Shown here: positions 18,922 through 29,587 of the stretch, piece by piece | Layout: each line of letters opens with the position of its first letter | Position numbering within the stretch: position 1 is the stretch's first letter | Assembly (NCBI GenBank): GCA_964426385.1 | Contig: CAYRQF010000001.1 | Span: forward strand, 167,939-231,938 | DNA: 64,000 bases | Direction: 5' to 3' | Origin: an uncultured Candidatus Saccharibacteria bacterium | GTDB taxonomy: Bacteria > Patescibacteriota > Minisyncoccia > Phycocordibacterales > CSBR16-119 | The notes under the pieces: model-generated | Seen by the model: the letters and a program-made list of their open reading frames with translations, nothing else | What the model was told of the DNA's origin: nothing | The model's database searches: none | Translations under genes and position numbers: made by a program

Positions 18922-20436
18922 TTATTTATCTAGAATCTTCACAACACCATTATCAGCATCCAGTTCAACCTGATCACCATCCTTTAATATTTTTGTTGCA
19001 TTCCTTGTCCCGATTATACAAGGCTTATTAAGTTCTCTGGAAACTATAGCTGCATGGCAAGTGATACCTCCCTCATCAGTAATAATCCCGGCAGCTTTTC
19101 TCATCGCAGGAACAAAATCTGGCGTAGTCATAGCGGTAACTAAAATATCACCATCGGAAACTTTGCTAATCTCAGTAGAAAGATTACAAACTTTTACAAC
19201 GCCTTTCGCAAAACCTTTACAGGCAATTGATCCCTTTAACTCTTTTACCTCAATAACATCGTCAGCAAAACCGTTAATTTTTATAAAATTCTTAGCCTCT
19301 TCACCAACAATCCAATTAAATTTTAAATCTTTTAAAATAAGAACTCCGGCAAACAACCTTTCTTTTATATTTAATTTAAAATCCTCCTTAATTAAACCTT
19401 CTAATAGAGATGCTTTTATTTCCTGTGGCGACATATATCTTATATACTCGTCGGAGACATTTAGTCGCCTAGCTATTTCCGGAACTACAAGTAATTGTAA
19501 AATCGGATGGCTTCTAGTTTGCGCCGTCTTTTTTAATTCTTGTAGATATGATAATTTCCTAACAGATTCGACAAGCGTTAATATTTCTTGAGGTGCTGAT
19601 AATTTTTTAACTAGAGTATCTCTTGCTTCTAACTTTCTTATTAAATCTAATTTGTTTTTTTCTAAAATTTCAGAAAAATCAACGTCTTCTTTAATCTTAG
19701 TATTAAATTTATTTATAAAATAACTATCGTCCCACAAGACGCCGGTATTATACCCGAAAGGGATAGAAGTGTAGTCTCTTATGTGATTATTGAATAGGTC
19801 TTTTAAATTCTCCGACAAATCATTTACAGAATTAATCTGATCCACCTTCTGACTCTTTGCTAATTTACAAATTTCCATAAAAGAAATATCCTCCTCAGCG
19901 CTTTCTGTTTGGAACTCTAGAGGCTCAATAGCTTCATGTAATACAGAATCATCTAACTCATTGAGGGTAAAGAATTCTTTCAGTGCTTCAACGGTTGCGT
20001 CACTCCCCACCCACCAGGCAGGAGTATTTTTAAAATGAAAAAATCTATATTTTTCACAATATTCAACATAAACATTAGCCAACTGCTCGTTAGACATGTT
20101 TTTTCCCAACTTACCGTCCACTCCAAAAGAACTCTCTAAATAATCTCTGAGGGAATTCTTTTGAGACTCAGACCACAAAATCAAATCATCTAAGTAATTT
20201 AGATCCTTTTTAAATTTACCGACAAGAAAATCTTCAATTTCTTCGTACTCTTCTATTGTATTCACTGCGGTGTTCAGATTTTTTTCGTCAAAAACATAAA
20301 TTATTGAAGTGAGTCGTCCTCCATACTCCTTTAAGGATAAATCGCTCGCTAAATAATCTGTATTGAAAGTAGCCGGAAATGGTGGTATGTGATTTTTAGG
20401 TCTACTTCTAAATAATTTTAAGTTTAGTTTTTCCAT
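18922..20436 (-). CDS. PEP-utilising enzyme mobile domain protein
   Basis: [38 protein letters not shown]; AT-rich. Confidence 0.9.
   Translation of the reverse strand: MEKLNLKLFRSRPKNHIPPFPATFNTDYLASDLSLKEYGGRLTSIIYVFDEKNLNTAVNTIEEYEEIEDFLVGKFKKDLNYLDDLILWSESQKNSLRDYLESSFGVDGKLGKNMSNEQLANVYVEYCEKYRFFHFKNTPAWWVGSDATVEALKEFFTLNELDDSVLHEAIEPLEFQTESAEEDISFMEICKLAKSQKVDQINSVNDLSENLKDLFNNHIRDYTSIPFGYNTGVLWDDSYFINKFNTKIKEDVDFSEILEKNKLDLIRKLEARDTLVKKLSAPQEILTLVESVRKLSYLQELKKTAQTRSHPILQLLVVPEIARRLNVSDEYIRYMSPQEIKASLLEGLIKEDFKLNIKERLFAGVLILKDLKFNWIVGEEAKNFIKINGFADDVIEVKELKGSIACKGFAKGVVKVCNLSTEISKVSDGDILVTAMTTPDFVPAMRKAAGIITDEGGITCHAAIVSRELNKPCIIGTRNATKILKDGDQVELDADNGVVKILDK
18947..18981. repeat. 35-bp exact direct repeat, copy 1
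   Basis: ccattatcagcatccagttcaacctgatcaccatc, identical to 20463-20497. Confidence 0.85.
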
Positions 20437-20437
20437 A

Positions 20438-21721
20438 TTATTTATTCAATATTCTAAGCACTCCATTATCAGCATCCAGTTCAACCTGATCACCATCTTT
20501 AAGGATTTTCAATGCCTCGGATACTCCGATAACCGTCGGGATCTTGAACTCTCGAGCAAAGATAGCGCTATGACACAAAAGACCAGCCATCTGAACTATC
20601 ATACCTTTGGTCTTATGAAGATAGGGCTCTTGTTGAACTAGGGTTTCATTAATAACTAGAATATCCCCGTCTTTAACTTTTATGATTTCGTCAGGATTGT
20701 AAACACATACGATATTACCACTTACAATGCCTTTGCAAGCAGACCTGCCTTTTAATATATTCGTTCTTTCAACTTTGGTATTTAGAAAGATATCGTAGAG
20801 CTTTTCGTATTCATCGTTTGTTCCATGACGAACTACTTCATTATCGATCAAGATAATTCTCTTTGAGTACCTGTCATCAACGCCCGCAGGAAGAGTTCCT
20901 GTCTCGATGGCTGTATGTAACTCATCCGGGGTGAGAACTTCCCAATATTTCAAATCTATGTTTTTAGATGAAAGTAACCTTTGAACCAATGGGCGCATGG
21001 CATAGAGCACATAGTTGATTATGTCTATTCTCTCGAATTTGAGCCACATCAAATCTTGCAAAGCATGAACTTCAGCGTTCTCTGGTATTTTCAAGTCTCT
21101 TTTTACATAAGGACGGGATTGGATCTCCTTCAAATAATCCATTGAAAGTCCTGGAGCTCTCATCAAATTTATTCCATACCAATCCCACTTCACACGGATA
21201 GTTTCCAAATCCTGACCATTACTAGCCTTTGAAACCTCTTCATGAAGCTTCTCTGAAGAAATCTTCTCACTAGGTGTTACATCTTCGAATTTTAGGTCTG
21301 GATAGCTTTTTATGAAATACGCCTCTGCGATATCTGAAATCTCAAGATAAGTCCAAAGAAATGCTAACGCATCTCTCGCTTTATCTTCATAAACTCTTAG
21401 TAACTCATAGTCACCTAATTCAGTCTTCGAAGTATCGTTATCTATATACTCTCGGAGGTCTCGAATGACTTTCTTAAAAGTTTCTGTATACTTTTGAATA
21501 CTTTCGGAGGGATTCTTGCCAAATTCCCCCATAAAGCATTCGTTAGAACTCTTGGATCGGAAATATGTATCGGCAACACCAACAAAATCTCCGAACCCAC
21601 ACTCAACACCAAAAAACTTTTTGAAGCGATCTTTGGACTGAGCTTCTAGAGAAAGCGCATTAAAATACGTTCCGTTCGTCCACGTTCCAATCTTTCTATA
21701 ATTATTGGGTGATATATCCAT
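20438..21721 (-). CDS. PEP-utilising enzyme mobile domain protein (divergent His motif)
   Basis: [24 protein letters not shown]. Confidence 0.88.
   Translation of the reverse strand: MDISPNNYRKIGTWTNGTYFNALSLEAQSKDRFKKFFGVECGFGDFVGVADTYFRSKSSNECFMGEFGKNPSESIQKYTETFKKVIRDLREYIDNDTSKTELGDYELLRVYEDKARDALAFLWTYLEISDIAEAYFIKSYPDLKFEDVTPSEKISSEKLHEEVSKASNGQDLETIRVKWDWYGINLMRAPGLSMDYLKEIQSRPYVKRDLKIPENAEVHALQDLMWLKFERIDIINYVLYAMRPLVQRLLSSKNIDLKYWEVLTPDELHTAIETGTLPAGVDDRYSKRIILIDNEVVRHGTNDEYEKLYDIFLNTKVERTNILKGRSACKGIVSGNIVCVYNPDEIIKVKDGDILVINETLVQQEPYLHKTKGMIVQMAGLLCHSAIFAREFKIPTVIGVSEALKILKDGDQVELDADNGVLRILNK
20463..20497. repeat. 35-bp exact direct repeat, copy 2
   Basis: Identical to 18947-18981. 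Confidence 0.85.
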
Positions 21722-21733
21722 AAAGCTTGTTTT

Positions 21734-24700
21734 TTACTTCAAAATCTTAACTACCCCCTTATCAGCATCCACCTCAACCATATCACCATCCTTGAGAAGC
21801 TGGGTAGCGAACTTAGTTCCGATTACGCAAGGCTTATTGAGCTCACGTGCAACGATTGCTGCATGGCATGTTATGCCTCCCTCGTCGGTTACTATAGCAG
21901 CGGCTTTCTGCATGGCGGGAACGAAATCAGGGGTCGTCATAGTTGAGACGATAATATCACCCTCTACTGCCTCATTTATTTGCTCTTTGCGTTTCAGGAT
22001 CCTCACGACACCTTTCGCGTAACCTTTGTTGCCAATTTGGCCTTTTAGATCTGAAACTGCTGTTGGAGCTTTTTCGATATTGAAATGTAACTCCGGATGT
22101 CTCGACTGATACTGCTCGATAGTTTCTACGGCCTCCTCCACTTCTCCAACCATCATGAAATGCTTCTTTCTTTCCTTGAGTACTTCTAGACTTGGTGGAT
22201 TTTCTATTTCTTTTCGCAGAATTGCAGACTCATAGCCTTTTAACTCAGGATATATCTCAACTAGGCTCTTGCGCATGAGTTTATCATTCGTATCGAAGTA
22301 GGTGTCGACATCACGCATCTTGAGCGCTCTCTCACGGATTGCTACCGGAGTTCTCTCGTCCATAGCTGTGTAGTACATGAATATAAAACCGTCCATTACA
22401 CCAAAAACTCTGTCTACATATTTTGTAAATTCTGATTTGGAAGAGATTGGTCCAGCCTCCCAATAAGACTTTATCTCTCCAAGGTTCTCTTCGTATTTGT
22501 CTAGTATAGAAGTAATAAACTTATTATCGCTTTCAATCGTGGATTGTAGATTATCCATAAACCATTTGGTCGACTCTTCGTTTTCCCATATCTCGATAAC
22601 GCCATCATTCATAAAGTGAACCACCGGCGGAACGTGAGGGTTCTTCAGGCCATTCTGACGTTCGAATGCATAAGCAACAACATCATGCCATCCCTGCTGG
22701 ATAATGAGGGTTGTATCACGCGTATAAGTCTTCTCGTAGTGCTTACCGCTTGATGACTTCTTTTTTATTAAACGCACTACGCCGATATTTGCATCAACTT
22801 CTATCTCATCTCCGTTTTCAAAAACACGAGTTGCGATCTTTGTACCTATAACACAAGGCTTTTTAAGCTCTCTAGAAACAATCGCTGCATGACACATGAT
22901 TCCACCTTCCTCGCTTACGATAGCCGAGGCTGTAGAAAGTACGGGCATGAGGTCCGGGCTTGTGTTAATAGAAACTATAATTTGGCCCGGAGTGTAGTTT
23001 GCCATGTCACTGGCGTTATCTACGCGACAAACGATACCTTTCGCATATCCTGGAAATGCTACAGTTCCAAGTAGTAGGCCGTCAGACTCAATAACTTCCT
23101 CCTTTAATACCGGTAGATCATTTACTATGGCGCGGTCATAATCGTATTTCATATCGAGACTATCCTCTTTGTGCCAGAAGACACACCAACCACGACGCTG
23201 ATTAAGTTCTTCTACTGTTGGAAGATTGCCTACCTCTATGAAACTGATGATCTCCTTCGGGTTTAGTTTGTCTATTAGATCTATTTCTTGAATGCCTGAC
23301 TTCTCGCTTATGAGCTGCCAGAAATGCGCAAGCATCGATCGTTCAAGCTTTGGATAAGTAGTAAATCCACGCAAAGGGTCTAGAGCAGTCAAAATCTTTT
23401 CAAATTGGTCCTTGGATTCACCGTGCTCAATGGCGTCATCAATACCGCACAATGCCAAGTATGGGACAGTTACAGTGTGCAAAAGTATCTGAACGAATTC
23501 GTCATAATACTTTTTGAAGTCGTCAAGCTTCACTTCGTTTCTGTTTTCACCCTCAAACAGATCTATTAGCTCATGAGCCCTCTTGTCCCATGCAAGCCCG
23601 GTCTCCCTCCAGCTCACAACTTTTTCCGGATCCGTTTTTACCAGATTTAGAAAATGCTCTAAAGACTCCTTTAGCTCTGAGGCAGATCGATAGTGTGTAC
23701 CCCTGTCACCCACCCACTTATATAAGTGATGTTTATACTTGAAACCAGTAACTTTCTCTAGATGCACGAATTCTGCCTCAATGTATGGGTGGTATATAAA
23801 GCATGATCGACGCCTATCTAAGAATTTCACCCAATCAACATCCGACATAGTATGCTTCTTCTTTGGTTCCACAGCCCTTGATAACGTAGTGATAGGCCTA
23901 GACTGGACGATGTAGAACTTGCCTCCTTCAAATGCCCATTCGATATCGCAAGGGAATCCATAGTGGTTCTCGATGCGCATGATAATCTCGCCGAGCTCTA
24001 GTATTTGTTTCGTATCGAGCACCTGCCTATTGCCGTCAGCTTCTGACAGATCTATCCATTCATTTCCACCCCCAGCCTTGCGCCAGAGAGCGCGGTTCTG
24101 CGAACTCACGTTTATATCGAGAATATTTCGAGGCTCCTTTTCTATAACGTACGAATCCGGTGTAACTGATCCAGAGACGATAGCTTCGCCGAGTCCGAAT
24201 CCTGCCTCGATGATCATCTGGTTATAATCCTCTGTCACAGGATGGACTGAGAAAGCAATACCCGAGACTTCAGAGTTAACCATCTTCTGAACAACGACGG
24301 CGACTGAAATATGTGTCGAATGTAGACCCTTCTCGAAACGATAGAATATTGCACGAGGAGTAAAAAGTGATGACCAACATTCCTGGACTCTCTCGAGGAT
24401 GCCGTCCTTTGTGACATTCAGATAACTCTCGAGTTGTCCGGCCCAGGCATGATCGGCACCATCCTCTGCTGTCGCTGATGAACGGACTGCGACGAACTCT
24501 GTGTCCATGTCGGCAAATGAGTTCATGATATCTACCTTGATATCCTCTGGCATTTCTTTCGACAAGATAAGTGCTCTGATTTTCTCTGATGCAGTGTCTA
24601 CAGTGTGAATAGCTTTATGGTCTACACCGCCGAGAATAGAGTCTATTTCTTGAACTAGGTCAGTTTCCTTGATGAAGTGTTCGAATGTCCCAGCAAGCAC

Positions 24701-24844
24701 GACGAAGCCGTTCGGCACTGGTATACCGGCATTCAGCATTTCCCCCAGAGACGCACCCTTACCCCCAGCGAGATCAGCGTCTCGCTTGGTGAGGCCATCG
24801 AACTTCCTAGTGAATTCCATATTTTTGATTTTATCACTTTTCAT
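21734..24844 (-). CDS. PPDK/PEP-synthase-type ATP-grasp protein with two phospho-His swivel domains (RPH-like dikinase architecture)
   Basis: GGKGASLGEM, VRSSATAED...AGQ, DIEWA...VQSRPITT; His motifs [13 protein letters not shown] and [13 protein letters not shown]; no C-terminal TIM barrel. Confidence 0.9.
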   Translation of the reverse strand: MKSDKIKNMEFTRKFDGLTKRDADLAGGKGASLGEMLNAGIPVPNGFVVLAGTFEHFIKETDLVQEIDSILGGVDHKAIHTVDTASEKIRALILSKEMPEDIKVDIMNSFADMDTEFVAVRSSATAEDGADHAWAGQLESYLNVTKDGILERVQECWSSLFTPRAIFYRFEKGLHSTHISVAVVVQKMVNSEVSGIAFSVHPVTEDYNQMIIEAGFGLGEAIVSGSVTPDSYVIEKEPRNILDINVSSQNRALWRKAGGGNEWIDLSEADGNRQVLDTKQILELGEIIMRIENHYGFPCDIEWAFEGGKFYIVQSRPITTLSRAVEPKKKHTMSDVDWVKFLDRRRSCFIYHPYIEAEFVHLEKVTGFKYKHHLYKWVGDRGTHYRSASELKESLEHFLNLVKTDPEKVVSWRETGLAWDKRAHELIDLFEGENRNEVKLDDFKKYYDEFVQILLHTVTVPYLALCGIDDAIEHGESKDQFEKILTALDPLRGFTTYPKLERSMLAHFWQLISEKSGIQEIDLIDKLNPKEIISFIEVGNLPTVEELNQRRGWCVFWHKEDSLDMKYDYDRAIVNDLPVLKEEVIESDGLLLGTVAFPGYAKGIVCRVDNASDMANYTPGQIIVSINTSPDLMPVLSTASAIVSEEGGIMCHAAIVSRELKKPCVIGTKIATRVFENGDEIEVDANIGVVRLIKKKSSSGKHYEKTYTRDTTLIIQQGWHDVVAYAFERQNGLKNPHVPPVVHFMNDGVIEIWENEESTKWFMDNLQSTIESDNKFITSILDKYEENLGEIKSYWEAGPISSKSEFTKYVDRVFGVMDGFIFMYYTAMDERTPVAIRERALKMRDVDTYFDTNDKLMRKSLVEIYPELKGYESAILRKEIENPPSLEVLKERKKHFMMVGEVEEAVETIEQYQSRHPELHFNIEKAPTAVSDLKGQIGNKGYAKGVVRILKRKEQINEAVEGDIIVSTMTTPDFVPAMQKAAAIVTDEGGITCHAAIVARELNKPCVIGTKFATQLLKDGDMVEVDADKGVVKILK

Positions 24845-24929
24845 ATCATTAAATAAGCCTTATTTTACTTGACTTTTCCTATAATTAATGATATTAAATA
24901 TCCCGAAGTTCTCATTAAAACCAGAAACC

Positions 24930-25538
24930 ATGACTCACGAATTGATCGGAAAGATCTCGGGAGCCATCGTGCTCCTGAGTGGAATTATCTATATGAGGCA
25001 GATCATCCAACGGCGAGTTCACCCGAACTTCGCTAGCTGGTGCATCTGGGCCCTAATAGGTGGAGCTGTGTGGATCAATTACAAAACCTCAGGAGCAACC
25101 GATAATGCCTGGGTCGCATTCTTTGGGATGATAAACCCTGTCGTGATAGCAATACTCGCATTCTTTTACGAGAAGAGGGTGTGGCCTGACAGGACGGAAG
25201 TTATATGTCTGATGTTAGGTCTCATCTCGATCACCATCTGGTGGTTCATGGAGAAACGCGGTGCAGAAATCGCGCTTTACGTGGCCATCTTCGCTGACCT
25301 CTGCGCCGCGTTCCCTACTGCAAGGCTTTTTCGAAAGGAACCCTGGCAAGATCGGCCGCTCATGTGGATCTTGTTCGCCCTCGGCTTCGGTTTAGCGATG
25401 TTCGCCATCCCTGATGATGGCCAGAACCTCGCTAACTACGCCTTGCCTGTTTACATGGTGACAATGTCTAGCGTACTTGCCTGGTTTCTCGTTCGTTATC
25501 GGATCAAAAATAAAGATCCATTTAGCGAATGGTACTAA
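24930..25538 (+). CDS. Multi-pass membrane protein (PQ-loop-like; cassette gene)
   Basis: About seven TM segments; TTGACT-17-TATTAA at 24869-24897; hairpin 25554-25582. Confidence 0.75.
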   Translation: MTHELIGKISGAIVLLSGIIYMRQIIQRRVHPNFASWCIWALIGGAVWINYKTSGATDNAWVAFFGMINPVVIAILAFFYEKRVWPDRTEVICLMLGLISITIWWFMEKRGAEIALYVAIFADLCAAFPTARLFRKEPWQDRPLMWILFALGFGLAMFAIPDDGQNLANYALPVYMVTMSSVLAWFLVRYRIKNKDPFSEWY

Positions 25539-25553
25539 GTACACCCCTTACAG

Positions 25554-25582
25554 AAAGGCCGCCTTCAATTGGGCGGCCTTCC
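25554..25582. terminator. Bidirectional hairpin terminator
   Basis: aaggccgcc-ttcaattg-ggcggcctt. Confidence 0.75.
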
Positions 25583-25593
25583 TCGTTTTATAT

Positions 25594-26625
25594 CTAGTAC
25601 ATTCTCGGCTCCTTCTCGAATGGTGGATATATATCTCTGTCGATAGTTCGGGAGAAACATGTCCTACCGGCCTGGTGATCCCAAGACTCGTTCACACCAC
25701 CACCTGGGTATGGATATGAGGACATCGCCACATCTTCGGCTACACCGCCGAACATCGGACGAACTCCGCCGTAACCCTCTTGCCAACCCTGTGGCATAAC
25801 TGCAGTAAATGTCGCGCAGAGCTCGAACGTCATGTCGGCAGTCTTCTTGTACTCATATACCAAACCTTTCTCGAACTCTGGATCAACAGGAGTCATGAAT
25901 CCTGAGAGTGGGTTCGACATATCAGAAAGCTTCTCTGGGAGCATCTCTTTCTGTTGCCAGTAATTTATAACCTGCCATTGGATAGACTGTAGATCCTGAG
26001 TACGTCGCTCGTCGAGGCGCCATGCGCGTTGTTCTTTTGGAGTACCGATAACAGTAAAGCTCCAGATGATGAGTGCTAGGACGAGTACTGTCGCCTTGAT
26101 CGGAGACGTAGTATTGATGTTCATTCCCATCATCATCTTCTTACCCTGAAGTTCACAGATGTAGTACCAACCCACGAATACTGCGATGATGAGAGTGATG
26201 ACGACCTTGTAGATAAATCTATCTGTTATCTCACCTGAGACGAAGTATCGAACGAGTGTGACGAGGTCGACGATGACGACAATGCTCGACATGAACAGTA
26301 TGAGATAAAGCATCCATTTACGGATAACCTCGTCGATGTGGCTCAATCCATTTTTGACAACCTTGCGCCAAAAATGAGAAATGATGAGATACGCTGGGAA
26401 AACAATGATGAGTGTCGCGAGTGCTGCCCGAGCAGCCTCAAAACTATAAGTGTTATACCCGTATTGATAAACAGAGTTCAGTGCGTCTGGGAATTTCTTG
26501 TCGAGGGTCTGAAATACTAGATTTAGAAACGACGTCACTGTAGCGATGAGCGATACGAGAACTCCGAGGGAGAGAAAGAAAAATTTAGGTGTAAGCTTCT
26601 GATTTCCTGAATGTGTGTTGTCCAT
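25594..26625 (-). CDS. DUF5671-like membrane protein typical of CPR
   Basis: IRKWMLYLILF, RLDERRTQDL, FELCATF, WDH..GRTCF. Confidence 0.75.
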   Translation of the reverse strand: MDNTHSGNQKLTPKFFFLSLGVLVSLIATVTSFLNLVFQTLDKKFPDALNSVYQYGYNTYSFEAARAALATLIIVFPAYLIISHFWRKVVKNGLSHIDEVIRKWMLYLILFMSSIVVIVDLVTLVRYFVSGEITDRFIYKVVITLIIAVFVGWYYICELQGKKMMMGMNINTTSPIKATVLVLALIIWSFTVIGTPKEQRAWRLDERRTQDLQSIQWQVINYWQQKEMLPEKLSDMSNPLSGFMTPVDPEFEKGLVYEYKKTADMTFELCATFTAVMPQGWQEGYGGVRPMFGGVAEDVAMSSYPYPGGGVNESWDHQAGRTCFSRTIDRDIYPPFEKEPRMY

Positions 26626-26663
26626 ATTTATATCTTAATGTTAATAATACTATTTTAAGCCTT

Positions 26664-28385
26664 TTATCGATCTGGCGCTACCTCGTAGTAGTTAATAAGG
26701 AATTTGGTCATATCAAAGAATGGTGCAGATAGCGTCTCTGCGGCGTATTTAACGCCTTTTGGGGCTGTAATAGATAGGAATATGACGAACTGTGGGTCAG
26801 AGGCTGGGAAATACCCTACGAATGAGTGGAGGTTCCTGTCGGTAAAATACCCCCCGTCTGCCGGGTTCGGGATCTGGGCTGTACCGGTTTTTGCCGCGAT
26901 GCTGTAGTTCTCCATCTTGTACTTACCATCCCCATAGACATGGTCGACGCTGTATACGAGCATATCGCTAATAGCGCGAGAAGTTTCGGGCTTGATAATC
27001 GTCGGTTGGTCCTCTTTCAGATACTCAAAAGTTTTCCCTCCACCCTCCTCGTACTCGATCTCTTTGACCACATGAGGTCTGACGAGATACCCGCCGTTTC
27101 CGAGCGAGGCGATAGCCCGGATGAGCACAATCGGTGAGAACGATATTCCCTGGCCGAATGAGATGTTCGCATACTCGAGCTCACGAGGCTCATCGAGGTT
27201 CCCAGTTAGACCCTTGGCCTCGTTCGGCAGGTCGATGTTAGTCTTCTCACCGAGACGAAAACCCTCCATATACTCTTTGAACTTGTTACGTCCGATTTTC
27301 TGCATACTGTAGACCATACCCGTGTTTAGTGACTCTGAGAGAACGTCCTGCATCGTTATCTGTCCACGACCGAGCTTATCGAAGTTGAAAATCTCTTTGT
27401 CTTCTACTCTCACCGAACCCTTATCATAGAACGGCGTCGAGGCAGAAATAACACCGAGGTCTATACCCGAAGCGATGACGAGAGGTTTCACAACAGAGCC
27501 GAACTCGTAGACATTCTCGACTAGGGGGTTACCGTAGATTGATGGGTTCGAGACACCGCCGAAGTCATTCAGGTCAAAATTCGGGAAACTCGCCATTGCA
27601 TATATCTCTCCAGTCTGTGGACTCATGATGATACCGCTCGCAGACTCTGGGTGGTATTTGTCCGTGATTGCGACGAGCTCCTTCTCAAGAGAGTTTTGGA
27701 CTGTAGGCTCAATCGTAGTAATGATATCTCCGGTACGCTCGTCACCCTCGAACACGACAGCCTTCACTCCGGAGAAAATCTCTGCAAAAATGTTCACGTA
27801 TAGATTCTCTTCATCCTTCGTCAGTGTCTCGTTATAATACTTCTCCAAACCGTATTGACCCGATACTGTGTTGTCGGATCCGTAGCCCATGAACCCTATC
27901 GTTTGAGCTGACATTTCCCTGCCTGGATAGAACCTCCACTTATGCTTGCTCATCGTAACACCGGAGAGCTCCAGTGCCGATATAGCGTCTGCGTTCTCAC
28001 GACTTATCTCTTTTGCGATTTCCTCATACGGATCGTTTTTCTTCGCCGCTTTCTCTATAAATTTGGCTTTGTCGATATCGATAACAGTAGAAATTTTTGT
28101 AAAAGTATCCTCAGGGTTCTCTAACAAGTTCGGATTAATCGCCAGGATATATCCTGTATTAACAGTAGCAGCTGAGATATGACTCCCATCCTTTTTTGAA
28201 AAGTAGATAGCCCCGCGATCAAACGTATCTGAGGAACGAACGTATGAACTGTCCGCCTGATCAGAATAGCTCTCGCCACGAACTACCTGTAACGAGAAAA
28301 GCCGGGCTAAAACTGCCCCGCCAACGATGATGGTAAAAAACGCAATGAGTCTGATTCGAAATAAGAATGTTTGTTTCGATTCCAT
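26664..28385 (-). CDS. ftsI: Class B penicillin-binding protein (FtsI/PBP3)
   Basis: GSVVK, SLN, KTGTAQ motifs; follows mraZ-rsmH-ftsL. Confidence 0.88.
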   Translation of the reverse strand: MESKQTFLFRIRLIAFFTIIVGGAVLARLFSLQVVRGESYSDQADSSYVRSSDTFDRGAIYFSKKDGSHISAATVNTGYILAINPNLLENPEDTFTKISTVIDIDKAKFIEKAAKKNDPYEEIAKEISRENADAISALELSGVTMSKHKWRFYPGREMSAQTIGFMGYGSDNTVSGQYGLEKYYNETLTKDEENLYVNIFAEIFSGVKAVVFEGDERTGDIITTIEPTVQNSLEKELVAITDKYHPESASGIIMSPQTGEIYAMASFPNFDLNDFGGVSNPSIYGNPLVENVYEFGSVVKPLVIASGIDLGVISASTPFYDKGSVRVEDKEIFNFDKLGRGQITMQDVLSESLNTGMVYSMQKIGRNKFKEYMEGFRLGEKTNIDLPNEAKGLTGNLDEPRELEYANISFGQGISFSPIVLIRAIASLGNGGYLVRPHVVKEIEYEEGGGKTFEYLKEDQPTIIKPETSRAISDMLVYSVDHVYGDGKYKMENYSIAAKTGTAQIPNPADGGYFTDRNLHSFVGYFPASDPQFVIFLSITAPKGVKYAAETLSAPFFDMTKFLINYYEVAPDR

Positions 28386-28696
28386 TACCTAAGTGTTAGG
28401 GGAGACTTCTTGGCCACGTATTGAGTACTCTTCGCATTCACGAAACCGAGTTCGTAAGCTCTCTCGATCGAAACAGAGTCATTCAGTGACAGTGCCTCGA
28501 GCTCGAACTCTGATATCTCTGTCGCGAGAGCACGATTCTCGTTAACCATGTTCTTCTCTGCAACCAGCCTTCCAACAGTCTGACCGATAAAGAAAAGATA
28601 CAGCACGAAAGATACGAAAACGAATGCCGACAAAGTATAGAGACTAGTAGAGCGTCCACCGTTGTGTGCTATTGATTTTGTGTTTGTACTGTTCAT
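28385..28696 (-). CDS. ftsL: FtsL-like cell division protein
   Basis: TM + coiled coil + AYELGF; located between rsmH and ftsI. Confidence 0.65.
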   Translation of the reverse strand: MNSTNTKSIAHNGGRSTSLYTLSAFVFVSFVLYLFFIGQTVGRLVAEKNMVNENRALATEISEFELEALSLNDSVSIERAYELGFVNAKSTQYVAKKSPLTLR

Positions 28697-29586
28697 ATTT
28701 TTTCTATTATTCTAAGTTTTGCACTACGTGACTTCGGGTTTGCCTTGAGCTCTTCGGGACTTGGGGTTATCGGCTTCTTGTATAAAACCCTGCCTACTTC
28801 TTCCCTGTCTCTATCTCTCATAAAATTCTTCACTATACGATCCTCGAGACTATGGAACGAGATGACCGCGAGTCTACCGCCTGGACGCAGGGCTTCGAAA
28901 CCTTTATCGAGCACTATCCGCAGATTCTCTAGCTCACTGTTGACTGCTATTCGAAGCGCCTGGAATGTTTTCGTTGCGGGGTGAATCCTTCCACGCTTAT
29001 ATGCCGAAGGTACAGCGCTCTCGATAATCTTGACGAGTTGATGTGTCGTCTTGATGTCTCCTGTGTTCTCTCGTGCTTCGACTATCTCTCTGGCGATACG
29101 CCTCGCGAATCTCTCCTCACCGTACCCATAGATAACGTTCGCGATATCTTCTTCTTGCCAGCTGTTCACGATGTCTCCTGCATCGAACTCGTTCGGACTG
29201 ATCGACTTCTTCAGCGTCATCAAGAGTGGTTCGTCGTTTCGGAAACTTATCCCACGTCCACTAGACTCAAGCTGGTCGTTACTAAATCCGAGGTCGAGCA
29301 GTATGCCATCAACTTTCGCTACCTTCATCTCCCCCAACACCTTGTCGATATCTCGGAAATTACTCTCACGGTATTCGATATCACAATCAAGTCCTGCAAG
29401 TCTCGCCCTAGCCCGGTCGATAGCGTCTGTGTCGAGATCAAGTGCGATGACTTTGATATTTCTGCCAAAGTTCTCACACATGAGCTCAACGTGTCCTCCG
29501 CCACCGAGAGTTCCGTCAACAACCGTTGCCCCTTTCCGGATATTTAGCCCATCAACGCTTTCTTTTAGGAGTACTGTCGTGTGCAT
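28693..29586 (-). CDS. rsmH: 16S rRNA m4C1402 methyltransferase
   Basis: HTTVLL, DGTLGGGGH, FQALRIAVN, ISFHSLEDR, SRSAKLR. Confidence 0.97.
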   Translation of the reverse strand: MHTTVLLKESVDGLNIRKGATVVDGTLGGGGHVELMCENFGRNIKVIALDLDTDAIDRARARLAGLDCDIEYRESNFRDIDKVLGEMKVAKVDGILLDLGFSNDQLESSGRGISFRNDEPLLMTLKKSISPNEFDAGDIVNSWQEEDIANVIYGYGEERFARRIAREIVEARENTGDIKTTHQLVKIIESAVPSAYKRGRIHPATKTFQALRIAVNSELENLRIVLDKGFEALRPGGRLAVISFHSLEDRIVKNFMRDRDREEVGRVLYKKPITPSPEELKANPKSRSAKLRIIEKI

Positions 29587-29587
29587 A

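Noticed and set aside
18947-20497. Diversity-generating retroelement TR/VR pair
   Set aside because: The repeat is short and identical, with no adenine-specific mismatches, and no reverse transcriptase is in the window
21734-24844. Annotation as phosphoenolpyruvate synthase (ppsA) or PPDK
   Set aside because: No C-terminal pyruvate/PEP-binding barrel; domain order and the doubled His domain do not fit
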